Shown here piece by piece: positions 24,938 to 34,552 of a stretch of 38,904 nucleotides of DNA. The notes beneath the pieces are model-generated. The model saw only the letters and a program-made list of their open reading frames with translations. It was not told the origin of the DNA and searched no databases. The position numbers were made by a program, and so were the translations under genes. Origin of the DNA: Nitrospirota bacterium (GTDB lineage Bacteria > Nitrospirota > Thermodesulfovibrionia > Thermodesulfovibrionales > UBA6898); NCBI GenBank assembly GCA_021825805.1, contig JAKAGF010000001.1, positions 1-38,904 on the forward strand, written 5' to 3'. Every line of letters starts with the position of its first letter. The first letter of the stretch is position 1.

Positions 24938-25980
24938 CCGATGACCTGTACGGAACCTTTCAGGACTGATTTCTTTTCTATTTTGAGCCTCCCTATAAGG
25001 TCGTCAGCAGCAGGCGGCGCTTCGATGCTGTATTCACGGCCGTCGCGAACCACCTTCACTGTCGCCCCGGAGAGGTTGCGCGCGTCCGAGTACCGGACGC
25101 AGATCGACGCGGCCGCGGCGATAACATCCTCCTGCGCGTCGCCCCGTACCAGGGTTATGGGACTGCCGTATCCTATCACCCCCAGCATCAGCCCTGCGCC
25201 ATCGTAACGCTTCAGGAGGGTTTCGTTTTCCTCCCTGTCCCTGCCGACGATGATCTTGCTGCGCGACGAAAACCTGAAATGCCTTCCCAGCCTGAGCAGA
25301 TGCAGGTCCGGCAGAGACGGATCAGGGTCATGATCAAGCAGTTCCCTCAGGCGGAATGCATAGTTCGGTTCCGTAAGGAGACAGCCCCCGGCAGGCGCTG
25401 GATATTCGGTAAGGCCAAGCTCGGCGGCAAGCGCCATCTGGGGCTTCCGGGACCTGCCGCTGAAGCCGTGGAGGAGTTGTCTGTCAACGAGCCCGGCTTC
25501 CTCAGCAAGCGTGGGTTTCAGTACCCTGGCGCTCAGAGGCCGCAGGACAGCCCCCCGCAATCCAGCCTCCCGGTCGATGATGTTGAGCGCATCACGCCGC
25601 TGGCTCATCGGCCTCTGGCCCAGGACTTCGCCGGTTATAATGAAGCTCGCTCCGGTCATCTCCATGAACTCCCGGGCCTCCCTGAGCATGAGTATTCTGC
25701 AGTCCATGCACGGGTTCATGTTCTTCCCGTGACCGAACTTGGGGTTCTTGACGATATCGATAAACTTATCGGAAAGGTGGCAGAGCTTCACCTCGAACCC
25801 GAACCGGCTGGCAGCGGCAAAGGGGTTCTTGGAACAGGACGATTGATCCGAGATTTCACAGCCGAAGTGGTTGAGGAAGGTGATCGCCTTAACCTCTATT
25901 CCCTGCCGCATGACCGTAAGAACGGCCAGGGCGCTGTCGAGGCCTCCGGAGTAAAGGGCGACTGCGCGCACCGCGCTCAT
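24934..25980 (-). CDS. PP-loop superfamily ATP pyrophosphatase (ThiI/MnmA-like, probable tRNA sulfurtransferase)
   Basis: It has the N-terminal PP-loop AVALYSGGLDSALA, plus a Cys-containing block NPCMDCRILM and ITGEVLGQRPMSQ. I cannot assign the exact subfamily by eye. Confidence 0.6.
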   Translation of the reverse strand: MSAVRAVALYSGGLDSALAVLTVMRQGIEVKAITFLNHFGCEISDQSSCSKNPFAAASRFGFEVKLCHLSDKFIDIVKNPKFGHGKNMNPCMDCRILMLREAREFMEMTGASFIITGEVLGQRPMSQRRDALNIIDREAGLRGAVLRPLSARVLKPTLAEEAGLVDRQLLHGFSGRSRKPQMALAAELGLTEYPAPAGGCLLTEPNYAFRLRELLDHDPDPSLPDLHLLRLGRHFRFSSRSKIIVGRDREENETLLKRYDGAGLMLGVIGYGSPITLVRGDAQEDVIAAAASICVRYSDARNLSGATVKVVRDGREYSIEAPPAADDLIGRLKIEKKSVLKGSVQVIG

Positions 25981-26936
25981 GAGAAGGACTCGATGATCTG
26001 CTCCGGGCTCGCCACGGCGGTGCCGACTTCTCCGACAACAACGCCGGCAGCATGATTGGCTATGACCGCGGCGTCTTCCATGCCTGCGCCCGAAATGTGG
26101 GCCAGGGTGAAGGCGGAGATGACCGTATCCCCGGCGCCCGTGACGTCATAGACTTTACGCGCCGCGGTCGGGATATGGGCAACCCTCTTTCGCTCAAAGA
26201 GACTCATCCCCTTTTCGCCCCGCGTGATAAGAACGGCCTTGCATCCGAGTTTTTTCAGGAGGATCCTGCCGGCCTGAAGCAGGGTCTTTTCGTCCCTGAT
26301 CTCGATATGCGCCCCGCTCGACGCCTCAAGGACATTCGGCGTGACAAGAGAGACCCCCCGGTAAAAATCGAAGTGCCCGACCTTGGGATCTACGGCGATG
26401 AACATTTTCCTCACCTTCGGATGCCTGAGCAGTCTGCTGATGATCTCGGCCGAGATCATCCCTTTCTTGTAATCGGATATGATCACCGCGTCATAGCGGT
26501 CATGCACGGAAATTATATAATCAACGATACCGGTGAGTATCCGGCCTCCCACGTACTTGCTGTCCTCCCGGTCAAACCTCACCACCTGCTGATTGTGGGC
26601 GATGACCCGCGTCTTGACTGTTGTCGGCCGGTTCTCGAGAAAAATACCGTCACAGTTGACCCCCCTCTTCAGGAGCATTTCGACCAGGGCCTCGCCGGCC
26701 ATGTCCTTCCCGTTGATTCCGACAACAGCCGCCTTTGCCCCCAATGCCATGACGTTGTGGGCAACGTTGGCGGCGCCTCCGAGCATGAAACTTTCCCGCG
26801 TGACTTCCACAACCGGGACCGGCGCCTCAGGCGATATCCGGTTCACCCTGCCCCATATATAGTGGTCGAGGATGAGATCGCCGATAACAAGGATATTTTT
26901 TTTTCGAAAGGAGTTGAGTATCTTCCTGTAATCCAT
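25977..26936 (-). CDS. rfaE: D-glycero-beta-D-manno-heptose-7-phosphate kinase (RfaE domain I / HldA-like, PfkB family)
   Basis: The N-terminus ILVIGDLILDHYIWGRVNRISPEAPVPVV is typical of RfaE domain I. The C-terminal PfkB motif is DVTGAGDTVI. It overlaps the downstream gene by 4 nt (ATGA). Confidence 0.85.
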   Translation of the reverse strand: MDYRKILNSFRKKNILVIGDLILDHYIWGRVNRISPEAPVPVVEVTRESFMLGGAANVAHNVMALGAKAAVVGINGKDMAGEALVEMLLKRGVNCDGIFLENRPTTVKTRVIAHNQQVVRFDREDSKYVGGRILTGIVDYIISVHDRYDAVIISDYKKGMISAEIISRLLRHPKVRKMFIAVDPKVGHFDFYRGVSLVTPNVLEASSGAHIEIRDEKTLLQAGRILLKKLGCKAVLITRGEKGMSLFERKRVAHIPTAARKVYDVTGAGDTVISAFTLAHISGAGMEDAAVIANHAAGVVVGEVGTAVASPEQIIESFS

Positions 26937-26978
26937 AGTCTTACTATACCCTACGGGTGATGCAATGCGAAAGCATTC

Positions 26979-27015
26979 AAAAAAAAGAGGCGGGTCGCTA
27001 TGACCCGCCTCTTTT
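26979..27015 (-). terminator. Rho-independent terminator of the porin gene
   Basis: There is a perfect 11-bp GC-rich stem: AGAGGCGGGTC (26986-26996) and GACCCGCCTCT (27002-27012), with a 5-nt loop. On the minus strand it is followed by a run of 8 T (the A-run at 26979-26986 on plus). It lies ~30 nt after the porin stop. Confidence 0.85.
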
Positions 27016-27042
27016 GTCGCGCATGTGCGCGCTCAGCTTTAT

Positions 27043-28332
27043 TTAGAAGCTGAGGGTAAGCATGTGCCTGAGGACAGTTATGCCCTTCTTGGCATCGCCG
27101 TAGAACTTACCGGTCTTGAGGTAGCCTGCGTCAACCTGGTAAACCAGGTTCTTCGCGACGTTGTAGGCAACCTTGCCGTCAAGTTCCCAGCCTGCATCCT
27201 TGGAGACGCCGGCCGCGGTCTTTGAGGCGCGGATGATGTAACCATCAACAGACGCCTTGACCTCGGGGCTCACCTTGTAGTCGAGGCCGAGGTTGTAATA
27301 AGTGGTGTTGGCAAGACCGGTGAACCTGCTGCCGGAAGTAGTGGCAACCTGATATTCGTACACCAGGGTGTAGTGCTGGTCAGCAGTGGTGGTGGCGTCA
27401 ACATACGGGATGAACGCCTTGTTCTTGGTCTTGTCGGAACCGTTATCGCCGCTGCCGTAGCCGAAGGTGGCCCTGATGTTGGCAGGATCCATCGCGTAGT
27501 TCAGACCGAGCAGGAAGGCCCAGCCCTTTGCCTTAACGGTGTCGCTCAGCTTGCCGAACTGGATGTCGAGCTCTGTCCTGTAACCGAGGCCCGATACATT
27601 ACCATTTGCATGGAGCCCGAGGTCCTGGTGGCTGAAACGGTTCATGGACTGATTGAGGTATGTGTAGTTGATGCCGACGGTGTTCTTGGCATCCAGCTTG
27701 TAGGTCATGAGGCCGACATAACCATCGAGGTCGTCGCCGTTGACCTTCTTGTTACCCTCTGCAAACTTGACGGCAAGCAGGCCGATGTGCATTTCCTTGG
27801 TGGGATCCATAAAGAAAACGATAGCGTCATCGCCGAACTTGGTGTGATCAAAGAACTGCTTCTCGCCGAGAGCAAGCGGCATATGGCCGATCTTCAGGCC
27901 TGAGTTGAAGCCGAAGAGGCCCGTGCCCCTGTAGAGGATCCACGCCTGGAGGACCGACACGCCGGTCGGCTTGCTGTTGAAATTACCCCAGGTGTAAATG
28001 TCGCTCTGGCCGCTGCCGGACTCGAGCTGAACAAAGCCCTGGACATTCGGGGAGACCTTTGCGTCAACGGAAAGCCTGATTCTCTCGTCATACCATGCGC
28101 CTGAGCCGGTTCCGACGGACTTGCCGCCGACGATGTCATTCTTCTCGTACCAGCCTCTGGTCCTCAATTCACCATCGATGGTGATCTGGGTTGCGCCTTT
28201 TGCTACGACCGCCTGCGTCTCTGACGGGATTTCGGCGTGGATAGCAAAAGCACTTGCTGCAAAACTGAAAACAAAGAGTGCGCCTAAGAGTATCGCTAAA
28301 AGCTTCTTCAATTTGCTAACCCTCCTTCTCAT
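27043..28332 (-). CDS. Outer-membrane beta-barrel porin
   Basis: It has a signal peptide (KKLLAILLGALFVFSFAASAFA), alternating beta-strand-like sequence rich in G/Y/D/N, and the C-terminal LTLSF with a terminal Phe typical of OMPs. The alternative start TTG 28311 has AGGAGG 9 nt upstream. ATG 28332 has no Shine-Dalgarno element. Confidence 0.75.
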   Translation of the reverse strand: MRRRVSKLKKLLAILLGALFVFSFAASAFAIHAEIPSETQAVVAKGATQITIDGELRTRGWYEKNDIVGGKSVGTGSGAWYDERIRLSVDAKVSPNVQGFVQLESGSGQSDIYTWGNFNSKPTGVSVLQAWILYRGTGLFGFNSGLKIGHMPLALGEKQFFDHTKFGDDAIVFFMDPTKEMHIGLLAVKFAEGNKKVNGDDLDGYVGLMTYKLDAKNTVGINYTYLNQSMNRFSHQDLGLHANGNVSGLGYRTELDIQFGKLSDTVKAKGWAFLLGLNYAMDPANIRATFGYGSGDNGSDKTKNKAFIPYVDATTTADQHYTLVYEYQVATTSGSRFTGLANTTYYNLGLDYKVSPEVKASVDGYIIRASKTAAGVSKDAGWELDGKVAYNVAKNLVYQVDAGYLKTGKFYGDAKKGITVLRHMLTLSF

Positions 28333-28851
28333 GAAGTTAGAAGTTAGAATTAGGAGTTAAATGTGTTAACCGCTAATAACTAACTAAAGATATTGCATCC
28401 GCCAAGGGCGGATTTACCATACGTACTGCATTATGCGGTGCGCTTTAACTTCCGGTTTTGTATCACCTCCCCTTAAAAGGTTACGCTTCCCATGGAAGCT
28501 GTGTGCAAATAATCCAGTTATATAAGACACATCCGGCATGTTTTGGCTGCAAAATTTATATCATTCTCCCGGTCACTTTGTCAAGATTTTTCGTGTTGAC
28601 GCCGGGGATATGTCATACTGTAGGCATAACTAAAGCAAAAAGAAGGCCAATATCCCAACGTCCACCGCTCCATGGGCGATTTGTCCGATATATCATTTGT
28701 TTACAAGGTGTTATTTGCGAGCCTGTTCCCGCATTCAACGCCATTAAAACAGCTTTTGTATCCAATTTTCAACAGTCCTTTGCAAATATGAGACAATCGC
28801 AAATGCTCATATTGTTGCATATATCTATGTAGATAAGAGGAGTATGGTACA

Positions 28852-29934
28852 ATGTGTTTCATGTCTAAAATCATCCACAAGGCCATATTCAGAGAACTCG
28901 TTATAGCCTTTTTTCTGACACTGGCATTTCTGAATTCAATACTCATGATGGAAAAAATGCTGAGGCTCAGCAAGCTCCTCTCGGGCCTCGGGGCAACGGC
29001 AGCCGACCTGACAAGGATTATCTTATACCTCCAGCCCCAGCTCCTGCTGCTCACTATCCCTATGTCCCTCCTGCTCTCCACCCTCATTGTATACGGGAGG
29101 ATGAACCTCGACAGCGAAACGGTCATTCTCAGGGCAAGCGGCATGCATTTCACCGGCATCTCATTCCCCGTGATGGCCCTGGGTGTCGCTGGGTTCCTGG
29201 CAAGCTGCTGCGTCAGCTTCTATGTCGGCCCCAAAAGCAGCATACGGCTCAGGGATGAAATAACGAGGATCATCACGGCGCGCTCAATCCTCGCCATTGA
29301 AGAGGGAACGTTCAACACCTCCTTCAAGGACATCGTGATCATCGCGAAGGGGAAGAAGTCGCCTGAAACCCTTGAGGATCTATTCATTTATGACAACCGC
29401 AGCAAGGGGGAGCCCAAGGTGCTCATGGCCAGGGAAGGGACGATCATCCCGCGGGACGGCTTCAACATCGACCTCTACCTGACAAACGGATATATCAACA
29501 TCGCAAGGGACCAGACGTCGACCGAACTCTTTTTTGACCGGTACAAACTCGCTCTTGCCCTTGATCTGCAGACCGCGGCGCCGAAAAAGATTGAGTCCAC
29601 GCCTCTTGAACTCCTGCGGCAGGCTGCCCAGCCCCTCGGGGAGAGGGAAAAGGCCGGCCTCTATCTCGAATTCGACCGCCGCCTGTCGCTGCCGGCGGTC
29701 TGCCTTATCCTCGTCTTTCTCGGCCCGCCCCTTTCAGTGATGTCAGGGAAATCGGGGAGGCTGGGAGGGCTGGCGATCGGGCTGCTGGTATTTACCGCCT
29801 ACTACATGATCCTCATCTACGGGGAAAACCTTGTCATGGCGTCACGCCTTCCCCATCTTGTCGGCGCGTGGTTGTCAACGGCCGTGCTCGGTCTTGCGGC
29901 GGCGTTCCTGTTCCGAAGGGAATGCAACCGATGA
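28852..29934 (+). CDS. lptF: LPS export ABC transporter permease LptF (YjgP/YjgQ family)
   Basis: 360 aa. The N-terminus IIHKAIFRELVIAFFLTLAFL resembles LptF/G family starts. It has multiple TM helices with a central periplasmic domain, and GAGGAG lies 9 nt upstream of the ATG. It is paired with lptG through an ATGA overlap. Confidence 0.8.
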   Translation: MCFMSKIIHKAIFRELVIAFFLTLAFLNSILMMEKMLRLSKLLSGLGATAADLTRIILYLQPQLLLLTIPMSLLLSTLIVYGRMNLDSETVILRASGMHFTGISFPVMALGVAGFLASCCVSFYVGPKSSIRLRDEITRIITARSILAIEEGTFNTSFKDIVIIAKGKKSPETLEDLFIYDNRSKGEPKVLMAREGTIIPRDGFNIDLYLTNGYINIARDQTSTELFFDRYKLALALDLQTAAPKKIESTPLELLRQAAQPLGEREKAGLYLEFDRRLSLPAVCLILVFLGPPLSVMSGKSGRLGGLAIGLLVFTAYYMILIYGENLVMASRLPHLVGAWLSTAVLGLAAAFLFRRECNR

Positions 29935-30995
29935 GAATCATGCAGCGCGCGTACATGAAGGATTTCCTGAAACTCCTCTTCCTGCTCGCGCTGGGACTCT
30001 CGGTCGTCTTCAGCCTCCTGGACCTCATAGACAAGATAGGCGGCTTCATGCCCGGTCGGCCGTCGGCAGCGCACCTGACGCTGTATGCGCTCTTCAGCCT
30101 GCCGAAATTTTTCACATACCTCCTTCCCATGTCAGTCCTTATCTGCAGCCTCTTCACCTTCAGCCAGGCATCGCGCAGGGGGGAAATAACCGCCATCAAG
30201 ACCGCAGGCGGACGGGTGCGCTCCCTCTTTGTCCCCTTCATCGCGGCTGGCGCTCTGATCAGCGCCGCAGCGTTCATGACGGCAGAGGTGATTGCGCCGG
30301 ACTTTTCGAGCCGGGCGATGCTCCTCCGGAATTATCTCGAAGGCAAGACAAAGCGCTTCGCCTCGGGCGACGGCGGCCTCTGGCTCAAGTCGAAGAACGG
30401 GTCGCCGGTCAAGATCGACCTCTACGTCCCCGAACAGAAGCTCGCAAAGGGGGTCACCATCTTCATCACCGGCCCGGATTTTCTGAAGGAGGAGATAACC
30501 GCAGACTATGCGGCATGGAATGGAAGTTCGTGGGTCCTGAGCGCGGTGAAGCGCTACGATGTTGCAACCGGAAAGATGTCCTTCATGAAAACGATGGAGT
30601 ATGCGGAGCTTGAATCCCCTGACCTCTTCGGCGAGGAGATCAAGGGAACCGACGAAATGGGGATCGCGGAGTTGTACCGCTACATGCAGAGGCTCAGAAA
30701 GGCGGGGTTCAAAAACACAAAACTCGCGGTGAGCCTGAATTCGAAGATGTCATTCCCGCTGATCAATTTTTTCATGATGCTGCTGGGTCTTTCGCTTTCC
30801 GCCACAATCCGCATCGGCGGCGGCATATTCAGCGCCGGTATCGGGCTGTTCATCAGCCTCCTGTACTGGCTCGGCTACGCGGCCGCCCTTTCCCTTGGTT
30901 TTGCGGGGATCCTCCCGCCGGCAGTGTCGGCATGGACCGTGCCGGTCGTCTTCAGTTCCCTTGCAACCTATCTCTACGCGAACATCCCCGAGTAG
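29931..30995 (+). CDS. lptG: LPS export ABC transporter permease LptG (YjgP/YjgQ family)
   Basis: The start is ATG 29931, overlapping the lptF stop (ATGA). MRIMQRAYMKDFLKLLFLLALGLSVVFSLLDLI has the same architecture as lptF. Confidence 0.8.
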   Translation: MRIMQRAYMKDFLKLLFLLALGLSVVFSLLDLIDKIGGFMPGRPSAAHLTLYALFSLPKFFTYLLPMSVLICSLFTFSQASRRGEITAIKTAGGRVRSLFVPFIAAGALISAAAFMTAEVIAPDFSSRAMLLRNYLEGKTKRFASGDGGLWLKSKNGSPVKIDLYVPEQKLAKGVTIFITGPDFLKEEITADYAAWNGSSWVLSAVKRYDVATGKMSFMKTMEYAELESPDLFGEEIKGTDEMGIAELYRYMQRLRKAGFKNTKLAVSLNSKMSFPLINFFMMLLGLSLSATIRIGGGIFSAGIGLFISLLYWLGYAAALSLGFAGILPPAVSAWTVPVVFSSLATYLYANIPE

Positions 30996-31012
30996 AGTCC
31001 TTGCCGGCGCCC

Positions 31013-31876
31013 TTACCGGCGGGAAGCCTCAACGTACTTGACAACCTCTTCACGGTAGAGCCGGTGCAGAAACCGCGTCGCCTCTCCGACAATAAACGGC
31101 CGCTGATCAACCATGGAGACCGGCATGATCTCAGACGTCGTATTGGTATAGAAGACCTCTGTGGCTTCCAGCAGGTCTTGCGGCAGGAAAAGTCCTTCTT
31201 CGACCTTTACCCCGTTGCGACGGGCAAGGCTGATCACCAGATCACGGGTAATGCCGTCCAGGATGCCCGCCTCAAGAGACGGCGTCCTGAGCAGTTCGTC
31301 TTTCATAAAGAAGATGTTGCTGATAGTGCCTTCGGCGATATAGCCGCCTTCGTTCAGCATGACCGCTTCCTGTGCGCCGCGGTCTTTTGCCTCGATCTTG
31401 GCGAGGATGTTGTTGAGGAAGTTGAGGGACTTGATCCTCGGGTTGACGGCATCCACAGGGTTTCGCCGCGTCCCGGCGAGGATCAGCCGCACTCCGTCCC
31501 TGTACCAGGACTCGGGATAGCGCCTGAACTCCTGAGCGAACACCACGAAGGTCGGTTCAGGGCAGAGGTCCGGATCAAGACCTATGGGTCCTTTCCCCCT
31601 TGAGACCGTTATCCTGATGTAGGCGTCAGCAAGACCATTGGCCGCGAGGGTCTGCCGGACAGCCTCCTCGACGAATTTTTCCGACGGCGCCTTCAGCCGG
31701 ATAAAGGCCGCGGAACGGGACAGACGCTCCAGATGCTGTTCACGCATGAACACCACCCCGTCATAAGACCTCATGGTCTCATAAATACCGTCTCCGTAAA
31801 GAAATCCATGATCATAGACTGATATCATGGCCTCCGAATCCGGCACTGTTTTGTCGTTGATGAAAATGTACGCCAT
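31013..31876 (-). CDS. Class IV (fold-type IV) aminotransferase, branched-chain amino acid aminotransferase-like
   Basis: I set the start at ATG 31876 (MAYIFINDK...). The block VYDHGFLYGDGIYET and later EGTISNIFF are typical of the BCAT / D-aminotransferase / ADC-lyase family. I cannot resolve the subfamily by eye. Confidence 0.75.
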   Translation of the reverse strand: MAYIFINDKTVPDSEAMISVYDHGFLYGDGIYETMRSYDGVVFMREQHLERLSRSAAFIRLKAPSEKFVEEAVRQTLAANGLADAYIRITVSRGKGPIGLDPDLCPEPTFVVFAQEFRRYPESWYRDGVRLILAGTRRNPVDAVNPRIKSLNFLNNILAKIEAKDRGAQEAVMLNEGGYIAEGTISNIFFMKDELLRTPSLEAGILDGITRDLVISLARRNGVKVEEGLFLPQDLLEATEVFYTNTTSEIMPVSMVDQRPFIVGEATRFLHRLYREEVVKYVEASRR

Positions 31877-31985
31877 CGGCTCCCTGCGCTTGAGATACTG
31901 CTTTACATTGTGCACCGCGGATTTTTTTTTTGCAATGGAAACATCGAGCACTTGCCCCGGTCGTCCGCGTAGAGTATCATGTCTC

Positions 31986-33602
31986 ATGAACGCATGTCCG
32001 TCGAAAAACGGGAAGGGCTTTGTCATGCTCGTGCTCCATGCCCACCTGCCCTACGTGCGGTATCCCGGACACAGCCATCACCTGGAGGAGCGGTGGCTCT
32101 TCGAGGCGATAACCGAAACGTATCTTCCCCTGCTTGACACCTTCGAACAACTCCTCAATGACCGTATTGACTTCAGGCTCACCCTTTCGCTCACGCCGAC
32201 GCTTGTAGAGATGCTCAGAGACCGCCTCCTCATGGAGCGCTACCAGAGATACCTTGCCGGCCTCATGGAACTCTCCGGGAAGGAGATCAGGAGAACGCGC
32301 GGGGACGGGAGATTCCATGAACTGGCGAGGATGTACTGGAAGCGGTGCTCCGTCGCGCAGCGGCTTTTCCAGGATGTCTACCGGAAGGACCTTGTCGCCG
32401 CCTTTGCTGCTCTTGCGCGGACTGGAAAGGTGGAGCTCATCACCAGCGCCGCGACGCACGCCTTTCTCCCGGCGATATCCGCCGTCCCTTCGGCCGCGCG
32501 GGCCCAGGTCCTCCTGGGCGCACGCCATCATCAGGCGACATTCGGCAGGAAGGCCCGGGGGATGTGGCTTCCGGAATGCGGGTACGTCCCGGAGCTGGAA
32601 CCGGTGTTGCGTGAAGCGGGGATGCGCTTTTTCTTTCTCGAAGACCACGGGCTCATGCGCGGCTCACCCAGGCCGCGCTATGGGATCTATCTCCCGGTGA
32701 AAACGCCGCTCGGCATATTCGCTTTTGCGCGGGATACGGCCTCTTCGCGGCAGGTCTGGTCCGCCTCGGAGGGATACCCCGGCGACTTCGACTACAGGGA
32801 TTTTTACCGCGACATCGGGTTTGATCTGGATTTAGCTTATCTGCGGCCCCATCTCCCTGAAGGCGTGCGGACCTTTACCGGGCTGAAATATTTTCGGATC
32901 ACAGGAGCGACGCCCTCAAAAAAGCCCTATATCCCCGAGAAGGCCCTGCGGAAGGCGCGGATCCATGCAGGCGACTTCACCCGGAAGAGAGTCGCCCAGA
33001 TCCAGGGCCTCGCCGATATGCTGAAGATCAGGCCTGTGGTCACAGCTGCCTACGATGCCGAACTCTTCGGCCACTGGTGGCATGAAGGCCCAGCGTGGCT
33101 CAACTATTTTTTCAGGGCAGCAGCCGCGAAGGGACAAAAGACCTTTACCCTGACAACGCCCTCCGAGTATCTTGCGGAAGGCGGTCCGTCCGAGCCAGCC
33201 AGCTTGTCGATGTCAAGCTGGGGCAACAGGGGCTACAGCGCCACCTGGGTTGACGAGACAAACGGGTGGATCTACCGGCACCTCGCAAGGGCGTCCCGGC
33301 TCATGACCGCCGTCGCCTCCGAAAGAAAACGCCGCGGCGGATTGATCAAAAGGGGGCTCTGCCAGGCAGGCCGGGAACTGCTTCTCGCCCAGTCCAGCGA
33401 CTGGGCCTTCATGATGAATACTGATCATGCTTCCGCGTTTGCAAGAAACAAATTCATCAAACACCTCGGGAATTTTCTGGAGTTGCACCGGCAGATCTCG
33501 GCTGGAGCGATCAACGGGGAATACCTCGCTCAACTCGAAGCTGAAAACAACCTCTTCGCTGACCTGGATTTCAGGATCTTTGCCGATCCGATGAAACCTT
33601 AG
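31986..33602 (+). CDS. Glycoside hydrolase family 57 protein (1,4-alpha-glucan branching enzyme-like)
   Basis: The N-terminus KGFVMLVLHAHLPYVRYPGH...ERWLFEAITETYLPLL is the GH57 branching-enzyme signature as I recall it. Later blocks are WLPECGY and AAYDAELFGHWWHEG. The start is ATG 31986 or ATG 32025. Confidence 0.8.
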   Translation: MNACPSKNGKGFVMLVLHAHLPYVRYPGHSHHLEERWLFEAITETYLPLLDTFEQLLNDRIDFRLTLSLTPTLVEMLRDRLLMERYQRYLAGLMELSGKEIRRTRGDGRFHELARMYWKRCSVAQRLFQDVYRKDLVAAFAALARTGKVELITSAATHAFLPAISAVPSAARAQVLLGARHHQATFGRKARGMWLPECGYVPELEPVLREAGMRFFFLEDHGLMRGSPRPRYGIYLPVKTPLGIFAFARDTASSRQVWSASEGYPGDFDYRDFYRDIGFDLDLAYLRPHLPEGVRTFTGLKYFRITGATPSKKPYIPEKALRKARIHAGDFTRKRVAQIQGLADMLKIRPVVTAAYDAELFGHWWHEGPAWLNYFFRAAAAKGQKTFTLTTPSEYLAEGGPSEPASLSMSSWGNRGYSATWVDETNGWIYRHLARASRLMTAVASERKRRGGLIKRGLCQAGRELLLAQSSDWAFMMNTDHASAFARNKFIKHLGNFLELHRQISAGAINGEYLAQLEAENNLFADLDFRIFADPMKP

Positions 33603-34507
33603 CCCAGCAGCTTGTCGAACGGATACGACTTCAGGTATGTCAGGAACTCATCCACCGCGTGGGAGGAGACCGAGTTCCTGTTGATGATCAGGGAAAACTC
33701 GCGAAGCATCTTTTCTTCCTTGATCCTCAGGAGATGGAGACTGCCGTATTTGAGCTCCTTCCTCGCTGCCCAGCGCGAGATGATGGATACTCCGAGACCA
33801 TTTTCAACCGCCTCTTTAATAGCCTCTGTGCTGCCGAGGACCATGGATATCTTCATGTCCTGCGGCGTAATGCCGTGGCGGGCGAGGAACTTCTCGATCA
33901 TCTGGCGCGTGCCCGATCCGCCCTCCCTGAAGATAAAGGGCTCTTTCGTCAGCTCGCTGATGGAGATCTCCTTCTTTTTTGCCCAGGGATGATGCGTCGG
34001 GACCACGAGAAGGAGTTCATCCGGAATGAGCCTTTCAATGACCATCTTCTGCCGCGTCACCTCTCCCTCCACCAGACCGAGATCGATATTCCCGGAGTTG
34101 AGCAACTCGATGACGCGTTTGGTGTTGCCTACCAGAAGATGGCACTTGATCTTGAGATGTGTCTTCTTGAAGTCGGTGATGACCCCGGGGAGCAGATAAT
34201 TGCCGATCGTGGAACTCGCGCCGATGCTGATGCTGCCCTTGACAAGTCCGGTAATCTCGCCGATCACCTTTTCGGTGGCCGCATAGAGGGCGAGTATCTC
34301 TTTCGCGTATTTATAGAGGATCTCACCGGCGGGCGTAAGCGTAACCGTGCTGCTCGAACGGTCGAAGAGCTTTGTCTCATATATCTCCTCGAGGGCCTGG
34401 ACCTGCAGGCTCACCGCGGGCTGCGTAAGATGGATAATCTCCGAGGTCTTGGAGAAACTCTTCGTCTCCGCGACAGTGCAGAACACCTTCAGTTTATGGT
34501 CTTCCAT
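33599..34507 (-). CDS. LysR-family transcriptional regulator
   Basis: It has the N-terminal wHTH LKVFCTVAETKSFSKTSEIIHLTQPAVSLQVQALEE and a C-terminal LysR substrate-binding fold. Its stop overlaps the GH57 stop by 3 nt; the two CDS share 4 nt (33599-33602). Confidence 0.9.
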   Translation of the reverse strand: MEDHKLKVFCTVAETKSFSKTSEIIHLTQPAVSLQVQALEEIYETKLFDRSSSTVTLTPAGEILYKYAKEILALYAATEKVIGEITGLVKGSISIGASSTIGNYLLPGVITDFKKTHLKIKCHLLVGNTKRVIELLNSGNIDLGLVEGEVTRQKMVIERLIPDELLLVVPTHHPWAKKKEISISELTKEPFIFREGGSGTRQMIEKFLARHGITPQDMKISMVLGSTEAIKEAVENGLGVSIISRWAARKELKYGSLHLLRIKEEKMLREFSLIINRNSVSSHAVDEFLTYLKSYPFDKLLG

Positions 34508-34552
34508 ACCTTCCTTCCCGGGATCCCCGGCTATCCCTCCATAAAAAAATAC

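Noticed and set aside
28541-28557. TTGGCTGCAAAATTTAT as a possible sigma-54 promoter (also TTGGCTGTTCTCCAT at ~3226)
   Set aside because: The GG is present, but the -12 GC is missing at the required spacing (TTTA and CCAT instead of TTGC).
28458-28832. 124-aa ORF (plus 28701..29159 on the minus strand) in the long intergenic region
   Set aside because: The translation is Cys/His/Ile-rich and not protein-like, with no RBS. The region is better explained as regulatory or leader DNA.
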